Counted from the stretch's first letter, positions 9,456-19,897 are shown. The stretch: DNA of 49,155 nucleotides from Candidatus Gastranaerophilales bacterium (GCA_028282645.1 JANQHM010000245.1:1-49155), one strand, 5' to 3'. The notes: generated from the letters alone by a model not told the origin. Made by a program: numbers and translations.

Positions 9456-10577
9456 ATGAAAACATTTTTAACACTTATTCTAGCTCTAAATATACTTATA
9501 GCCCAAAATTTACTATGCATGGCACAGGAAGATAAATCTCCTGTGATTCATAGCGGGATACAATATAACGAAAATAAAAAAGACCCTGACGAGCTCTTCA
9601 CTGGAGAAGTTGAAGAAGTAAAAAAAGGAACAGTATTAAAAATGACTGTCTCTTCAGTACTAAGCACAACCTACACAGAAAAAGGCGACGAGTTTTACGC
9701 AGAAATAATCGACGACCTAAACCTGAAAAAAGGTGTGGTAATACCTTCCGGGTCAGTGGCGCATGGTACTGTCAATCAAGTTACAAGCTCCAAAAGGCTG
9801 GGCAGAGATGCCCACATAAGACTTGATTTTGATTATATAGTAACACCAAATGGCAGACAAATACCTATAGAAGCATCAATGACAACCAAACGGCATGCAG
9901 TAACATCAGCAGCAAAGGTTGTACTTGAAGACGCAGCACTAACGGTTGCGGGTGGTGTCATAGGCGGAATACTTGCACTTAAACACCTTGGATTGGGAGC
10001 TGCCGTTGCCAGTAACGGATACACCATTGCTGGCGGAGCAGGCGTCGGGGCCTTAGTAGGAGCAACAGCATCCATTGCAAGAAAAGGCGAACAAGTGTTG
10101 CTAGCACCAGGTGACCAAATTAACGTAAAAATTGTAGAAGAATTAAAATTGCCAGTCATGACCGAAAACGCTCTACAAGAAGACGAAAAAATTTTAGAAG
10201 GGTTAATGGTGTTCATTAAGGGTTATAAACTAGAAAAAGATCCTTTTGGAGAATTAAATACAATAACTTTGAAACTAGACATAAACAACAGCACTGACAA
10301 AAGCTTTAGCAGCTTTGATATGGCGCTGGTAAATGATTATAAATCAGTTTATTACGCATCACCTTTTCAAAATACAGACTTATGGTTCAGAAAAATATCT
10401 CCAAACTCCAGATTAGTAGGAAAACTGTCATTTTCCGTGGATAATCCAAGAAGAAAACACTGGTTAGTCTTTTATGACAATCAAACAAGAAAGCCTCTTG
10501 CCAGAATATCAATAGATAACGCAAAAAAACTAATCCAAAAACACAAAAAAAAGAAGAAAAGAAAAAAAAGAAGATAA
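9456..10577 (+). CDS. Secreted hypothetical protein with a central glycine-zipper segment and a polybasic C-terminal tail
   Basis: It has a signal peptide (MKTFLTLILALNILIAQNLLCMAQE). The Gly/Ala zipper is GGVIGGILALKHLGLGAAVASNGYTIAGGAGVGALVGATASIA. The C-terminus is KKHKKKKKRKKRR. Confidence 0.6.
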   Translation: MKTFLTLILALNILIAQNLLCMAQEDKSPVIHSGIQYNENKKDPDELFTGEVEEVKKGTVLKMTVSSVLSTTYTEKGDEFYAEIIDDLNLKKGVVIPSGSVAHGTVNQVTSSKRLGRDAHIRLDFDYIVTPNGRQIPIEASMTTKRHAVTSAAKVVLEDAALTVAGGVIGGILALKHLGLGAAVASNGYTIAGGAGVGALVGATASIARKGEQVLLAPGDQINVKIVEELKLPVMTENALQEDEKILEGLMVFIKGYKLEKDPFGELNTITLKLDINNSTDKSFSSFDMALVNDYKSVYYASPFQNTDLWFRKISPNSRLVGKLSFSVDNPRRKHWLVFYDNQTRKPLARISIDNAKKLIQKHKKKKKRKKRR

Positions 10578-10583
10578 AAACAA

Positions 10584-11279
10584 TTATTTTATCAGCTCTT
10601 GCATAAAATCTTCTATTAATAAATTCAGTACATAAGGATCAGCTGTAGAATGATCTATTGTTACATTTAGCGGCAGGTTCAATTTGCTGTTAACTTCAGT
10701 TCGCTTGCCAAAATAAAATAAATTTCTACCTGTTGCATCCACGCCATGCAGAGTAAAGCCTGTAAAATTTAAATAGGCCAAATTACCTATATGAGTGGCC
10801 AAATTAAATATAATAGGGCTTATAACCTTAAACTTATCAGAATTATTTCTTATTTTTTCAATATTATCCGTATAGACCAAAGAAAACTTTCCCCAGTCGG
10901 AGTTCATAACATCTTCCAGGAAAATCTCCTGAAACCGAAACTCTTTACCTACCAATACAGGAATATATATTGGCAGATTGTTAAATTTAAACCACTCGTC
11001 ATTAAGCCTTCTGTAACTAAAACAATCTTGTTTTTTTAAAGATTTAATCAGGCTCCAGGTGATAAACGCCGTAAAAGACGCACCGGTTAAGGGTTTATAA
11101 TTCTCCAAATAATTTTGCCTTGCTTCTGTTATATCCAACTGCATTGTTACGTTTAAAAAGGGTGAAGAAATTTGAGACTTGTCATGAAAAAAATTCAAGG
11201 CCCAACATTCATAAGGAGTTAAATCATCCCTGGACAACTTATAACCTTGAAACTTCTCTATAATTTCATTTAATTCCAT
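10584..11279 (-). CDS. Chloramphenicol-acetyltransferase-like (CAT superfamily) acyltransferase
   Basis: Length and layout match type-A CAT as I recall it. LNVTMQLDITEA parallels QTVQLDITAF near the N-terminus. LNVTIDHSTADPYVLNLLIEDF parallels the catalytic-His motif IQVHHAVCDGFHVGRML near the C-terminus. Confidence 0.55.
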   Translation of the reverse strand: MELNEIIEKFQGYKLSRDDLTPYECWALNFFHDKSQISSPFLNVTMQLDITEARQNYLENYKPLTGASFTAFITWSLIKSLKKQDCFSYRRLNDEWFKFNNLPIYIPVLVGKEFRFQEIFLEDVMNSDWGKFSLVYTDNIEKIRNNSDKFKVISPIIFNLATHIGNLAYLNFTGFTLHGVDATGRNLFYFGKRTEVNSKLNLPLNVTIDHSTADPYVLNLLIEDFMQELIK

Positions 11280-11975
11280 TAAAAATATCCTTAATTAATT
11301 TTACAAATTAATTTTGCAATTTTATTTAATAATAATACACTAATCTTAATTATATATTAAAAAAACAAAAAATACTAAAAAAATGCGTGAATACGAAAAA
11401 CATTTTTGAGTTAACACAAGCAGCTTGTCAGGCACTTTAGCTATTATACGGCAAGTTTCTTTTATTTAATATCTAAAAAATATCTTTTTAAAAAAAAATA
11501 AGCTAAGGTGAAAAGTTTTTACCACCTACTTATGTATAAACATTTAATTTTCTGATTATCCAATGTAGTAAATTTATGTAACAAACATTTCAAAAACCTG
11601 CAATTTTTTCAAAAAGCATGTTAAAATATATACATAAGCTATAAAAATTAATTAACATAAAATAAATAAGGAAACGTTAGGAAGTGAAACTAACACATTA
11701 TATAACAATTTTAATATTAACAGTATGGAATATAATAATATCCCTATGCCCGACCTTGTCACTCAATAACATCAAAACAAAATAATAACAAATTTATACC
11801 TTTTTTATAAAAAAAATATCATTGCCTTTTTATTTTAAATTATCAGCTTAATACATAATTAAATATTTTTTGACTTCTTTACAGGCTAAAAGAGCCTATC
11901 TTGTAATGCATACTTTCTCCGTTTATATTTTATATATCTTTATTACGTCTATTTTTTTATTCTTTCTTGTTTTCA

Positions 11976-11996
11976 GTCCCCAAAGGGGGCTTTTTT
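11976..11996 (+). terminator. Orphan intrinsic-terminator-like hairpin in a 1-kb non-coding gap
   Basis: GTCCCC-aaa-GGGGGC is followed by TTTTTT. No convincing gene lies upstream on the plus strand. Confidence 0.4.
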
Positions 11997-12334
11997 ATTA
12001 CGCCTATAAGAGTTGTCAAAAAAAAACTTCTTGTTGGGTGAAACAAGAAGATTGGTTTAAAGATTTTAGCAAGTGTGTAGGTTTATATAGGTTATTATAT
12101 TGGTTAAAATTCTTTTATGACTCTACTTATACTTTCTCTTTATTTTTTACCTATCTTATATATATAAAGTTATATATATAAAAAAAATTGCCCCTTAAAA
12201 AAAATTTCCTATTCTTACCAAGGAACCCATACCATGCACTTGCCTCACATTCAGCCCTAATCAGGCTTCATTTAAGCAATAACTTCCCGCTCAACTCCCT
12301 GAAATTTACAAAGCGTATAAAGATATATATCAGG

Positions 12335-15136
12335 CTATACAATAGGCTCTAATATTAATGAGCTATAAGGATGAAGCTTTACGAATATAAAATCTTCAGA
12401 TTTGCTTGCAGGAGTGGACTCACGTTTATCCGATACATTTACATTAACTTGATTCCCCTGCTTTGTATTATCAATCTTAAATAATGTATTAAAAGAAATA
12501 TTACTGTTATTAACATTTAAAGCTTTCTGCATTTGCTTAACAGGAATGTTAACTGTCTTCTCAGCCCCATCAAGGTTTGATATAGTAACTAAAGGCTTCT
12601 CGAGAGCTCCGTCTTTTAATTTAGCACCCTGTTCAGGATATTTAATCATAGCAAATAATGTATCATCATTCCCCTGTAATTTCTCTATATTATAAGACCT
12701 TAAGGCAGATCTTTCACCTCTAAGCTTGTTTAAATATTTAATTGTATCGATTGCCGGATAGTGTTGCTTCTCAGCCTTATCGAATTTAGCAGCCTCAATC
12801 GGTCCTCTTTGAAGCTCACGAGGATCAGCACACTTGCCAAGTGTTATACTTTCATCCTCACCAACCTTTTCAGGCCCTAATAACTTCTTAAGTATCTGAT
12901 ACTGATCAACTTTTCTCACCTCCATATACTCTCTATTGTTAGTAGTACCTATTTCAGCACCATAATAAAAAGCAGGTGCACCTGGAATCATGAACTGGTT
13001 AAATAATGCCTGAGTAATACGTCTTAAATCTTCATTAACACATGTGGCCATCCTGCCGCCGGCAGCAGCACCACCTTTATACATATCGGCGTGTACAACC
13101 TGCTTAGGCTTACCATGCCTGTCTGTTTTCTTAAACGTTGAGGTTAAAAACTTTTTCATTGCGTTCTGATTTTTACCAAAGTGGTTCATGTAGATTTCAT
13201 CATGGTGGTCAAAAATAACCAGAGGAACCTGCTTGTTATCAGGATTTAATAAAGGGGCCTTAGTTTTATCCCAGTTTTCCCAGAATGGCGCAGAAGTATG
13301 CAAGTATGACATTTCTCTTAACTTAGCCTGGTTTCTAAAGTCAAAAAATATATCCCCCTTGCCGTTTCCCCTTAAAACTTCCGGTATAATGATTGTCTTG
13401 GGATGTAAATGCTTCATGTACTTAGCCGTAAGCTGTTGCAGTGCATCAGTTTGCGGCAAGCTATAGCTTTCAGTTCCCGGCTGCTTTATAAAGTAAGCAG
13501 CAGCATCAAGCCTCTTGCCAGCAACACCTTTAGCTACTTCTGAACCGATAATATCATATAATTCATTAAAAACTTCCGGGTTTTGTAAATCTAAATCAAC
13601 CTGAAACGGATAGAAATTTCTATAAAAGGGAACACTTTTATTCAAGCCATTAACCGGCTTATTAAGCCATATAGACTTATCAACATCAGGGAATAATGGG
13701 CTTAAATTTTTACTTGATATCACCATATCTCCGTTTTTATCTTTCTCAGGCAGCTTTAGCATCAAATTTCCATTCTCCAGAGACAATGACTTATCTAAAT
13801 CTTTTTTAGGCCAGTCAGGTGAACACTTTAAGTAATACTGAAAATACTTGGGATAACCCTCTTGAGCTTTCTTGAACCACTCATGTTCAGTTGAAGTATG
13901 ATTAAACACCAAATCGGTAGCCAAGCCATAACCCCGCCTGGCAGCTTCTTTTAAGAATTTGCCGAATTCTTCTTCTCCGCCCAGTTCTTTTGCAGCATGA
14001 TAATCAGAAATATCATACCCCGCATCACCTTGCGGAGATTCATAATGAGGGAGTATTAACATGTTCTTAACACCTAGTTTATCCAAATAATCCAGGCGCC
14101 TGGTAAATGACTTAAAGTCACCTTTTCCATCCTTATCAGTCCCAAAATTATTAACGTATGTATAATACCAACTTCTGTCCCTGTGCCAATTGTCGGGCAG
14201 GTTATTATAATAATCTTCTATAGTTGTATTAACATCAATCTTATTGGCTTTCATTGCTTGTTTTGTCTTTAACACATTATCAAAAAACATTACAAATATT
14301 GTATTTGCATCCCCCTGGTTTTTAGCAACTCTATCACAAAGATTTTTTACTTCCATCATTTTTTGTTTTGTTGTTATAGGCTCTTGACCTTGCGGAGCCA
14401 ATTTAGCAGTCCACTCGTTCGGCTTATCGAAACAACTTTGTATTTTTGCGGCATCTTGATTATATTTTTGCTGTTTCAATACCTCAGCCTTAAAGTAGTT
14501 ATTCATGGATTGAGGAACAAGATCTTTATCTACAAATGTTTTAACTTTAGCTTTTAACAACGTTTTAAACTTGGGATTTAATGAACTCAGTTTATAAAGC
14601 TTAGCTTGATCATCACTAAAAGATGCAGGATTTTGCTTTGCTATGGCTAACAACTTATCCATCAATTGCTTATCTTGAGGTGTAGCAGCCTTTAAGTTGT
14701 TATTAAACATATTATCTAACGATTTATCAGCCTCACAAGTGTATTGGTACTCCACAAGCCTGTAAGCATCAAGCTTATCATCAGCATAGTTATAATCTTC
14801 TTCCTTTATAAGAGAAAGAAAATCCTTATTATCCTTATATTTTTCATAAATATCCGTTTGGCCAGCATCAAGGTCCCCGGACTGCAATAACCTCTGAAGC
14901 CTTATTTCTTTGCTTTGATTATTATTGGAGGCCAATCCGCTATGAAGCTGTTGATTATACTGATTAACAGTCTTTAAAGGAGTTAACGCCATAGCCTTTT
15001 GATAGCCAACCAGTACGGCTGGCGAATTAAAACTTTTCGCTGCGATAGTTGGATTTTGTTGATTAGTAAATGCTTTACCAAATGTTAAACGTTTTTTTAA
15101 ATTAGATCCCTGATTGTTTTGAATATTCAATTGCAT
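12335..15136 (-). CDS. GH13 alpha-amylase-family enzyme (trehalose-synthase / amylosucrase-like catalytic core) with a ~330-aa N-terminal extension
   Basis: GH13 signature regions are present: GYDISDY, DLVFNHTS, GKRLDAAAYFIK, IIIPEV, FDHHDEI. The N-terminal third has no recognisable family. Confidence 0.85.
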   Translation of the reverse strand: MQLNIQNNQGSNLKKRLTFGKAFTNQQNPTIAAKSFNSPAVLVGYQKAMALTPLKTVNQYNQQLHSGLASNNNQSKEIRLQRLLQSGDLDAGQTDIYEKYKDNKDFLSLIKEEDYNYADDKLDAYRLVEYQYTCEADKSLDNMFNNNLKAATPQDKQLMDKLLAIAKQNPASFSDDQAKLYKLSSLNPKFKTLLKAKVKTFVDKDLVPQSMNNYFKAEVLKQQKYNQDAAKIQSCFDKPNEWTAKLAPQGQEPITTKQKMMEVKNLCDRVAKNQGDANTIFVMFFDNVLKTKQAMKANKIDVNTTIEDYYNNLPDNWHRDRSWYYTYVNNFGTDKDGKGDFKSFTRRLDYLDKLGVKNMLILPHYESPQGDAGYDISDYHAAKELGGEEEFGKFLKEAARRGYGLATDLVFNHTSTEHEWFKKAQEGYPKYFQYYLKCSPDWPKKDLDKSLSLENGNLMLKLPEKDKNGDMVISSKNLSPLFPDVDKSIWLNKPVNGLNKSVPFYRNFYPFQVDLDLQNPEVFNELYDIIGSEVAKGVAGKRLDAAAYFIKQPGTESYSLPQTDALQQLTAKYMKHLHPKTIIIPEVLRGNGKGDIFFDFRNQAKLREMSYLHTSAPFWENWDKTKAPLLNPDNKQVPLVIFDHHDEIYMNHFGKNQNAMKKFLTSTFKKTDRHGKPKQVVHADMYKGGAAAGGRMATCVNEDLRRITQALFNQFMIPGAPAFYYGAEIGTTNNREYMEVRKVDQYQILKKLLGPEKVGEDESITLGKCADPRELQRGPIEAAKFDKAEKQHYPAIDTIKYLNKLRGERSALRSYNIEKLQGNDDTLFAMIKYPEQGAKLKDGALEKPLVTISNLDGAEKTVNIPVKQMQKALNVNNSNISFNTLFKIDNTKQGNQVNVNVSDKRESTPASKSEDFIFVKLHPYSSLILEPIV

Positions 15137-15197
15137 AGTCGCCTAAATCCATATAATTATTTTCTACTGATATAAACTTTGATAGATAACTCTGATA

Positions 15198-15217
15198 ATA
15201 TATATATATATATATAT
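15198..15217. repeat. (AT)10 dinucleotide microsatellite
   Basis: Read directly: atatatatatatatatatat. It sits between the GH13 gene start and rpmH. Confidence 0.9.
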
Positions 15218-15583
15218 TATTTTTTTTAGAGTATTATACTTTTCCCCATGTTATTCAAGTCAAAACAAAAATTTTATTAACAGCAAAAAATGAAAACTTA
15301 AGAATATGTTACAAAACCAGCTTTTTTTATAAGCTAAATATATATTATATAAAAATAATAGAGCTAAAACTACTATAAATAATACAAAAAAATTAACTTT
15401 TAATAAAAAAAAATCAGTTAAAAACAAGTATTAACAATAATTTAAAGGATATAAAACAATATTTTATTAAAAAAATTTACAGTAATTTATTTTTTGATAT
15501 TATATTTTAGTGATATCATAAGAAAACAAACAATAATAAAGATAATATCAATAAAACCTTTAATACAAGAGGAGAAGAAGAAA

Positions 15584-15736
15584 ATGAAACGCACACTAGA
15601 AGGAACTAAAAGAAAAAGACAGCGCAAAAGTGGCTTTTTAGTAAGAATGTCAACACCAGGCGGCAAAAACGTTATCGCAAGAAGAAGAGCAAGAGGCCGT
15701 CATAAACTGGGCATTCAGTATAAAAAAAGAGCGTAA
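15584..15736 (+). CDS. rpmH: 50S ribosomal protein L34
   Basis: It translates as [49 protein letters not shown] lies 8 nt upstream of this ATG. The track start at 15494 is an upstream extension lacking an RBS. Confidence 0.9.
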   Translation: MKRTLEGTKRKRQRKSGFLVRMSTPGGKNVIARRRARGRHKLGIQYKKRA

Positions 15737-15750
15737 TCCCAAATATAAAA

Positions 15751-15784
15751 AAAGATTTAAGGGCGTAACCTTAAATCTTTTTTG
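15751..15784 (+). terminator. Intrinsic terminator/attenuator after rpmH
   Basis: AAGATTTAAGG-loop-CCTTAAATCTT forms an 11-bp stem followed by a T-run. Confidence 0.65.
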
Positions 15785-15843
15785 GTGATAGATATCTTTA
15801 GTTAGCCAATATTCATTAAAGTCAATAGTAAGAGTTATTAAAT

Positions 15844-16227
15844 GTGCTATCAAAAACCGAAAGATTAAAAAAAAATATCGACTTTGTAAAAACATATAAT
15901 ATAAAGAAATCAGTATCAAATGCATTACTTATATTATATGTGGGAGAAAAAAATAAAAACCCTCAATATCCCACAAAAGTAGGATTTGTAGTTGGAAAAA
16001 AAATCCATAAAAAAGCCATAAAGCGCAATAGAATCAAAAGACATATAAAAGAGGCTTTTAAAAAATACAAACAGGAACACCCGGAATATAGTAATTACTG
16101 GTACAGTATGATTTTTCTGGCCCGTCCCGACACACTTGATACAGATTTTAATCAAGTTTATAATGCTGTTAAAAACTGTATGAACAAAGCATTAAAAAAG
16201 TATTCGGAACATGCCAAAACCTCATAA
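15844..16227 (+). CDS. rnpA: Ribonuclease P protein component
   Basis: GTG start. The sequence [16 protein letters not shown]...[27 protein letters not shown] carries the RnpA basic motif. Its position after rpmH is as expected. Confidence 0.85.
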   Translation: MLSKTERLKKNIDFVKTYNIKKSVSNALLILYVGEKNKNPQYPTKVGFVVGKKIHKKAIKRNRIKRHIKEAFKKYKQEHPEYSNYWYSMIFLARPDTLDTDFNQVYNAVKNCMNKALKKYSEHAKTS

Positions 16228-16483
16228 TAAAAGCTTATTAAAAAATATTTTTATAAAATTAATAAAATTTTATCAGTTTTTATCCAGGTATACTCCTCGA
16301 ACATGCCGATTTTACCCAACATGTTCAGAGTATACAAAGCAAGCTATTATTGAATATGGTGCAATTAAAGGCTGCTTTTCAGGCTTTAAAAGAATTATAA
16401 AATGTCACCCGTTTAATCCCGGGGGTTATGACCCTTGCCCTAAAATTAATAAAAAAAGTGATGATTATCACCAAAAAAATTAA
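16211..16483 (+). CDS. yidD: Membrane protein insertion efficiency factor YidD
   Basis: It contains [44 protein letters not shown] and overlaps the rnpA end by 17 nt. Confidence 0.85.
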   Translation: MPKPHNKSLLKNIFIKLIKFYQFLSRYTPRTCRFYPTCSEYTKQAIIEYGAIKGCFSGFKRIIKCHPFNPGGYDPCPKINKKSDDYHQKN

Positions 16484-16554
16484 TAAAACTCAATAGAATA
16501 GATGACTTGATTTTAGTAAAATTAATCAGGGAGTACAATAAAAAGAAAAAAAAC

Positions 16555-17703
16555 ATGGATTATCAAAATTATATTGAAAACAGTAATCGCATTATATTTA
16601 AATTCGGAACAAATGTGTTAACCCGAAATGACGGAAATATAGCACTATCAAGGGTATATTCATTTATAGAAGAAATTGCCGAGCTAAAAAAACAAAAAAA
16701 AGAAATAATAATAGTAACATCTGGCGCAGTGGGTATGGGTGCTAAAAAATTAGGCCTGAAAGAAAAACCCGAACTGGTAACCCTAAAACAAGCCTGTGCA
16801 GCCGTCGGACAAAGTCAACTAATGTATCTGTATCAAGAAGGATTTGAAAAATTCTCAATACAGACCGCTCAAATATTAATAACAGGTGATGATTTCTCAA
16901 ACAGGCATAAATACTTAAGCTTGAGAAATACAGTCAATACCCTTCTGGAAATGGGAGTGATACCTATAATAAATGAAAATGATGCCATTTCTACAAACGA
17001 ACTGGAATGCTATCAGGCTGACGGAATTAAAGTTTGCTTCGGTGATAACGACAAGCTTTCTGCCCTGGTTATGAATAAAATAGATGCTGACATGCTTATT
17101 ATATTATCAGACGTAGACGGCCTTTATAACGATGACCCGAGAAGAAATACCGATGCAAAAGTAATATCCACAGTTAATCAAATAACACCGGAAATTGAAG
17201 CGCTGGGATTTAAAGGATCCCCAAAAGGCCGTGGCGGAATGAAAACAAAACTGGAAGCTGCAAGAGTTGTAACAAATTCCGGTGGTGTTGCAATTATAGC
17301 AAACGGCAAAACCAATAATATAATAAAAGATATTTTTAACGGAAATGTAAAAGGCACTATATTTTTACCTGCCAGTAATTTATCCGGCAAAAAAAGATGG
17401 ATAGCTTATGCTACAAACACATCTGGTTATATAATGGTTAACCAGGGGGCTAAAAAAGCTCTTATTGAAAAAAATGCAAGCTTGCTTTCAGCAGGTATAG
17501 TAGAGGTTAAAAATAATTTTGAAAAAGGCGATGTTATTAATATTGTGGATAATAACAATAAAGAATTTGCTAAAGGCATTGTCAACTATTCAAGTTGGGA
17601 ATGCAAAAAAATCATAGGAAAACACTCCTGTGAGATTGAGAGTATTTTGGGATATAAAAACTACGATGAAATCATTTTAAGGGATAATTTAGTCGTTTTA
17701 TAG
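16555..17703 (+). CDS. proB: Glutamate 5-kinase (with C-terminal PUA domain)
   Basis: It contains IIFKFGTNVLT, IIIVTSGAVGMG, FGDNDKLSALV and a PUA-like tail. The ATG at 16555 is preferred over the TTG at 16507. Confidence 0.9.
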   Translation: MDYQNYIENSNRIIFKFGTNVLTRNDGNIALSRVYSFIEEIAELKKQKKEIIIVTSGAVGMGAKKLGLKEKPELVTLKQACAAVGQSQLMYLYQEGFEKFSIQTAQILITGDDFSNRHKYLSLRNTVNTLLEMGVIPIINENDAISTNELECYQADGIKVCFGDNDKLSALVMNKIDADMLIILSDVDGLYNDDPRRNTDAKVISTVNQITPEIEALGFKGSPKGRGGMKTKLEAARVVTNSGGVAIIANGKTNNIIKDIFNGNVKGTIFLPASNLSGKKRWIAYATNTSGYIMVNQGAKKALIEKNASLLSAGIVEVKNNFEKGDVINIVDNNNKEFAKGIVNYSSWECKKIIGKHSCEIESILGYKNYDEIILRDNLVVL

Positions 17704-17730
17704 TGTAGATGAATTAATAGGGAGTAAATT

Positions 17731-19056
17731 ATGACTAATATTAATGTAACACAAGACTTAAGCCAGATTGTAAAAAATTCAAAGCAAGCATCTTATAAGC
17801 TGGCATCTGTTACAAAAGAGCTAAAAAGCAAAGCCTTACTAGCAATAGCCAATAATATAGAAAAAAATAAAGAATCAATATTAAAAGAAAATCAAAAAGA
17901 CCTTGATAATGCCAAAAAAATGATAGAAGACGGAAGATTAACAAGAGCTTTGTATAATAGATTAAAACTTGACGACGAAAAAATTAAAGTAATGGTTCAA
18001 GGTATCAAAGATGTATCAAATCTGGAAGATCCGGTAAATAAAATAGAGTGGGCTATTGAACTTGATAAAGATCTTAAACTATACCGAGTAAGTTGTCCAC
18101 TCGGTGTTATAGGTGTAATCTTTGAGTCCAGACCGGATGTTATACCACAAGTCGCAGCATTGGCAGTAAAATCATCCAATGCAGTTATTCTAAAAGGCGG
18201 CAGCGAAGCTGATAAATCCAATGAAATACTCATAAGAATAATAAATGAGGCGTTGGATGAAATTAGAGAATTTCCTAAAAATTCAATAACATTAATAAAA
18301 ACCCGTTATGAAGTACAAAAAATGCTTGAACTTGATAAATACATAGATTTAATAATACCAAGGGGAAGTAATGACCTGGTTAAATACATTCAATCAAATA
18401 CAAAAATTCCGGTATTGGGTCACGCTGATGGCATTTGTCATGTTTACATAGATAAAGACGCTGATCTTAATAAAGCTACAAAAATAACTATTGATTCAAA
18501 AATTCAGTACCCTTCGGCCTGCAATGCAGTGGAAACAGTCCTGATACACGAAGATATATCAACGAATTACATAAAAACTCTTCTAAATGAGTTCAAAAAA
18601 AACAATGTGACCATTAAGGGTGATGAACATGTTTCAAGCATAGTTCAAGATATTGAAAAAGCCACTGAAGAAGACTGGAAAACCGAGTATACGGACAAAA
18701 TAATATCAATAAAAACAGTTAAAGATATTAATGAAGCAATTGACCATGTTAATAACTACGGTTCAGGCCACACAGATACCATAATAACGGAAAATAAGGA
18801 AAATGCAGATTTGTTCTTAAGCCTGGTGGATTCAGCCGGCGTGTACCACAATGCATCAACCAGATTTGCTGACGGATTCAGGTACGGCCTGGGTGCAGAA
18901 GTAGGTATAAGCACAAATAAAACACATGCCCGAGGGCCTGTCGGCCTGGAGGGCTTGGTTATATATAAATATAAACTATACGGAAACGGTCAGGCAGCTG
19001 CTGATTATTCAGGCGAAAAAGCAAAAGAATATACACACAGAGTACTGAAAAAATAA
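17731..19056 (+). CDS. proA: Gamma-glutamyl phosphate reductase
   Basis: It is aldehyde-dehydrogenase-like, with VIGVIFESRPDV, ILKGGSEA, CNAVETVLIH and GHTDTIITEN. It lies directly after proB. Confidence 0.9.
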   Translation: MTNINVTQDLSQIVKNSKQASYKLASVTKELKSKALLAIANNIEKNKESILKENQKDLDNAKKMIEDGRLTRALYNRLKLDDEKIKVMVQGIKDVSNLEDPVNKIEWAIELDKDLKLYRVSCPLGVIGVIFESRPDVIPQVAALAVKSSNAVILKGGSEADKSNEILIRIINEALDEIREFPKNSITLIKTRYEVQKMLELDKYIDLIIPRGSNDLVKYIQSNTKIPVLGHADGICHVYIDKDADLNKATKITIDSKIQYPSACNAVETVLIHEDISTNYIKTLLNEFKKNNVTIKGDEHVSSIVQDIEKATEEDWKTEYTDKIISIKTVKDINEAIDHVNNYGSGHTDTIITENKENADLFLSLVDSAGVYHNASTRFADGFRYGLGAEVGISTNKTHARGPVGLEGLVIYKYKLYGNGQAAADYSGEKAKEYTHRVLKK

Positions 19057-19094
19057 AGTATTTTTGAGTTCGTATAACACAATAAACAAAAACG

Positions 19095-19409
19095 GTGTCA
19101 ATGATAATAAGTGCTTTTTCAAAATATATAAGGAGTTACAAGGCGAATATTCCTCCTGTAATTATATTGATAAAGTGGATAAAAGATATTTTATCCAAAG
19201 AACCCGAAAACAATATAGAAAAGGTTATTCATGAAGAAATCGCCATTGTAAAAAATCAACTGGGAGTATACATGCTTTTAGGTAAATCAAAGTCAGGAGC
19301 AAACCTGATTGAATCATTGTACCAATTTACCCTAAGTTATGATCAACAAAACTTTGCTCGCTGGATTCACTCAGTAAAAGCCAGTGATTTTAAACAAAAA
19401 AATCATTAA
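19095..19409 (+). CDS. Doubtful hypothetical ORF (contains two convergent DnaA-box-like sites)
   Basis: GTG start, no family resemblance. It lies in the region leading into the DnaA-box array. Confidence 0.25.
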   Translation: MSMIISAFSKYIRSYKANIPPVIILIKWIKDILSKEPENNIEKVIHEEIAIVKNQLGVYMLLGKSKSGANLIESLYQFTLSYDQQNFARWIHSVKASDFKQKNH

Positions 19410-19897
19410 ATTAAACAAAATTAATTTGATAAAGAGAAAAAAATCTATAAATTTTTACATATAACAATTTGATAAGTTTTGTTCAACAAAAGTGTTCCAA
19501 GACAGTGAATTATGATATAATCCAATATGTGTAATCCATTCTTTACAAAGAACAAGGGTAGCTGTACCTTTATAAAAACATTTATAGTTTATATCATAAG
19601 CTTGGAAGTATTAAACAAATTAAATAAAGGAGGGTAATATTATTATTCAGATTAAAGATTTGAACAAATAAAAAAACTCTTAAAGAATCCAAATACGTGT
19701 ATCTAAATAAAATCCCCAAACATGCAGACCAATAATTCTCAAAATTTAAATAACTAAGAATAAAGACAGTAAACATATATCCACAGGATAACAACTGCAA
19801 AGGTTAATCATAGGGGAAAAATACATGTTTGAATAAAGAAAACCGTCATGAATAGGGTCAATTGGAAAAAGACTTATTAAACAAGGAATTATCTTTT

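Noticed and set aside
11684-11788. A 34-aa hydrophobic mini-ORF with a GTG start and an AAGGAA RBS.
   Set aside because: It is too short and compositionally unremarkable for AT-rich DNA, and there is no supporting conservation information.
11870-12181. A 103-aa ORF in the long gap between the CAT-like gene and the GH13 gene.
   Set aside because: Its translation is low-complexity and F/Y/L-rich, typical of AT-rich non-coding DNA. It has a TTG start without an RBS, and a terminator-like hairpin (11976-11996) lies inside it.
15494-15583. The upstream extension of rpmH given by the ORF track.
   Set aside because: L34 is a roughly 45-50-aa protein. The internal ATG at 15584 has a GAGGAG RBS and begins with the canonical MKRT sequence.
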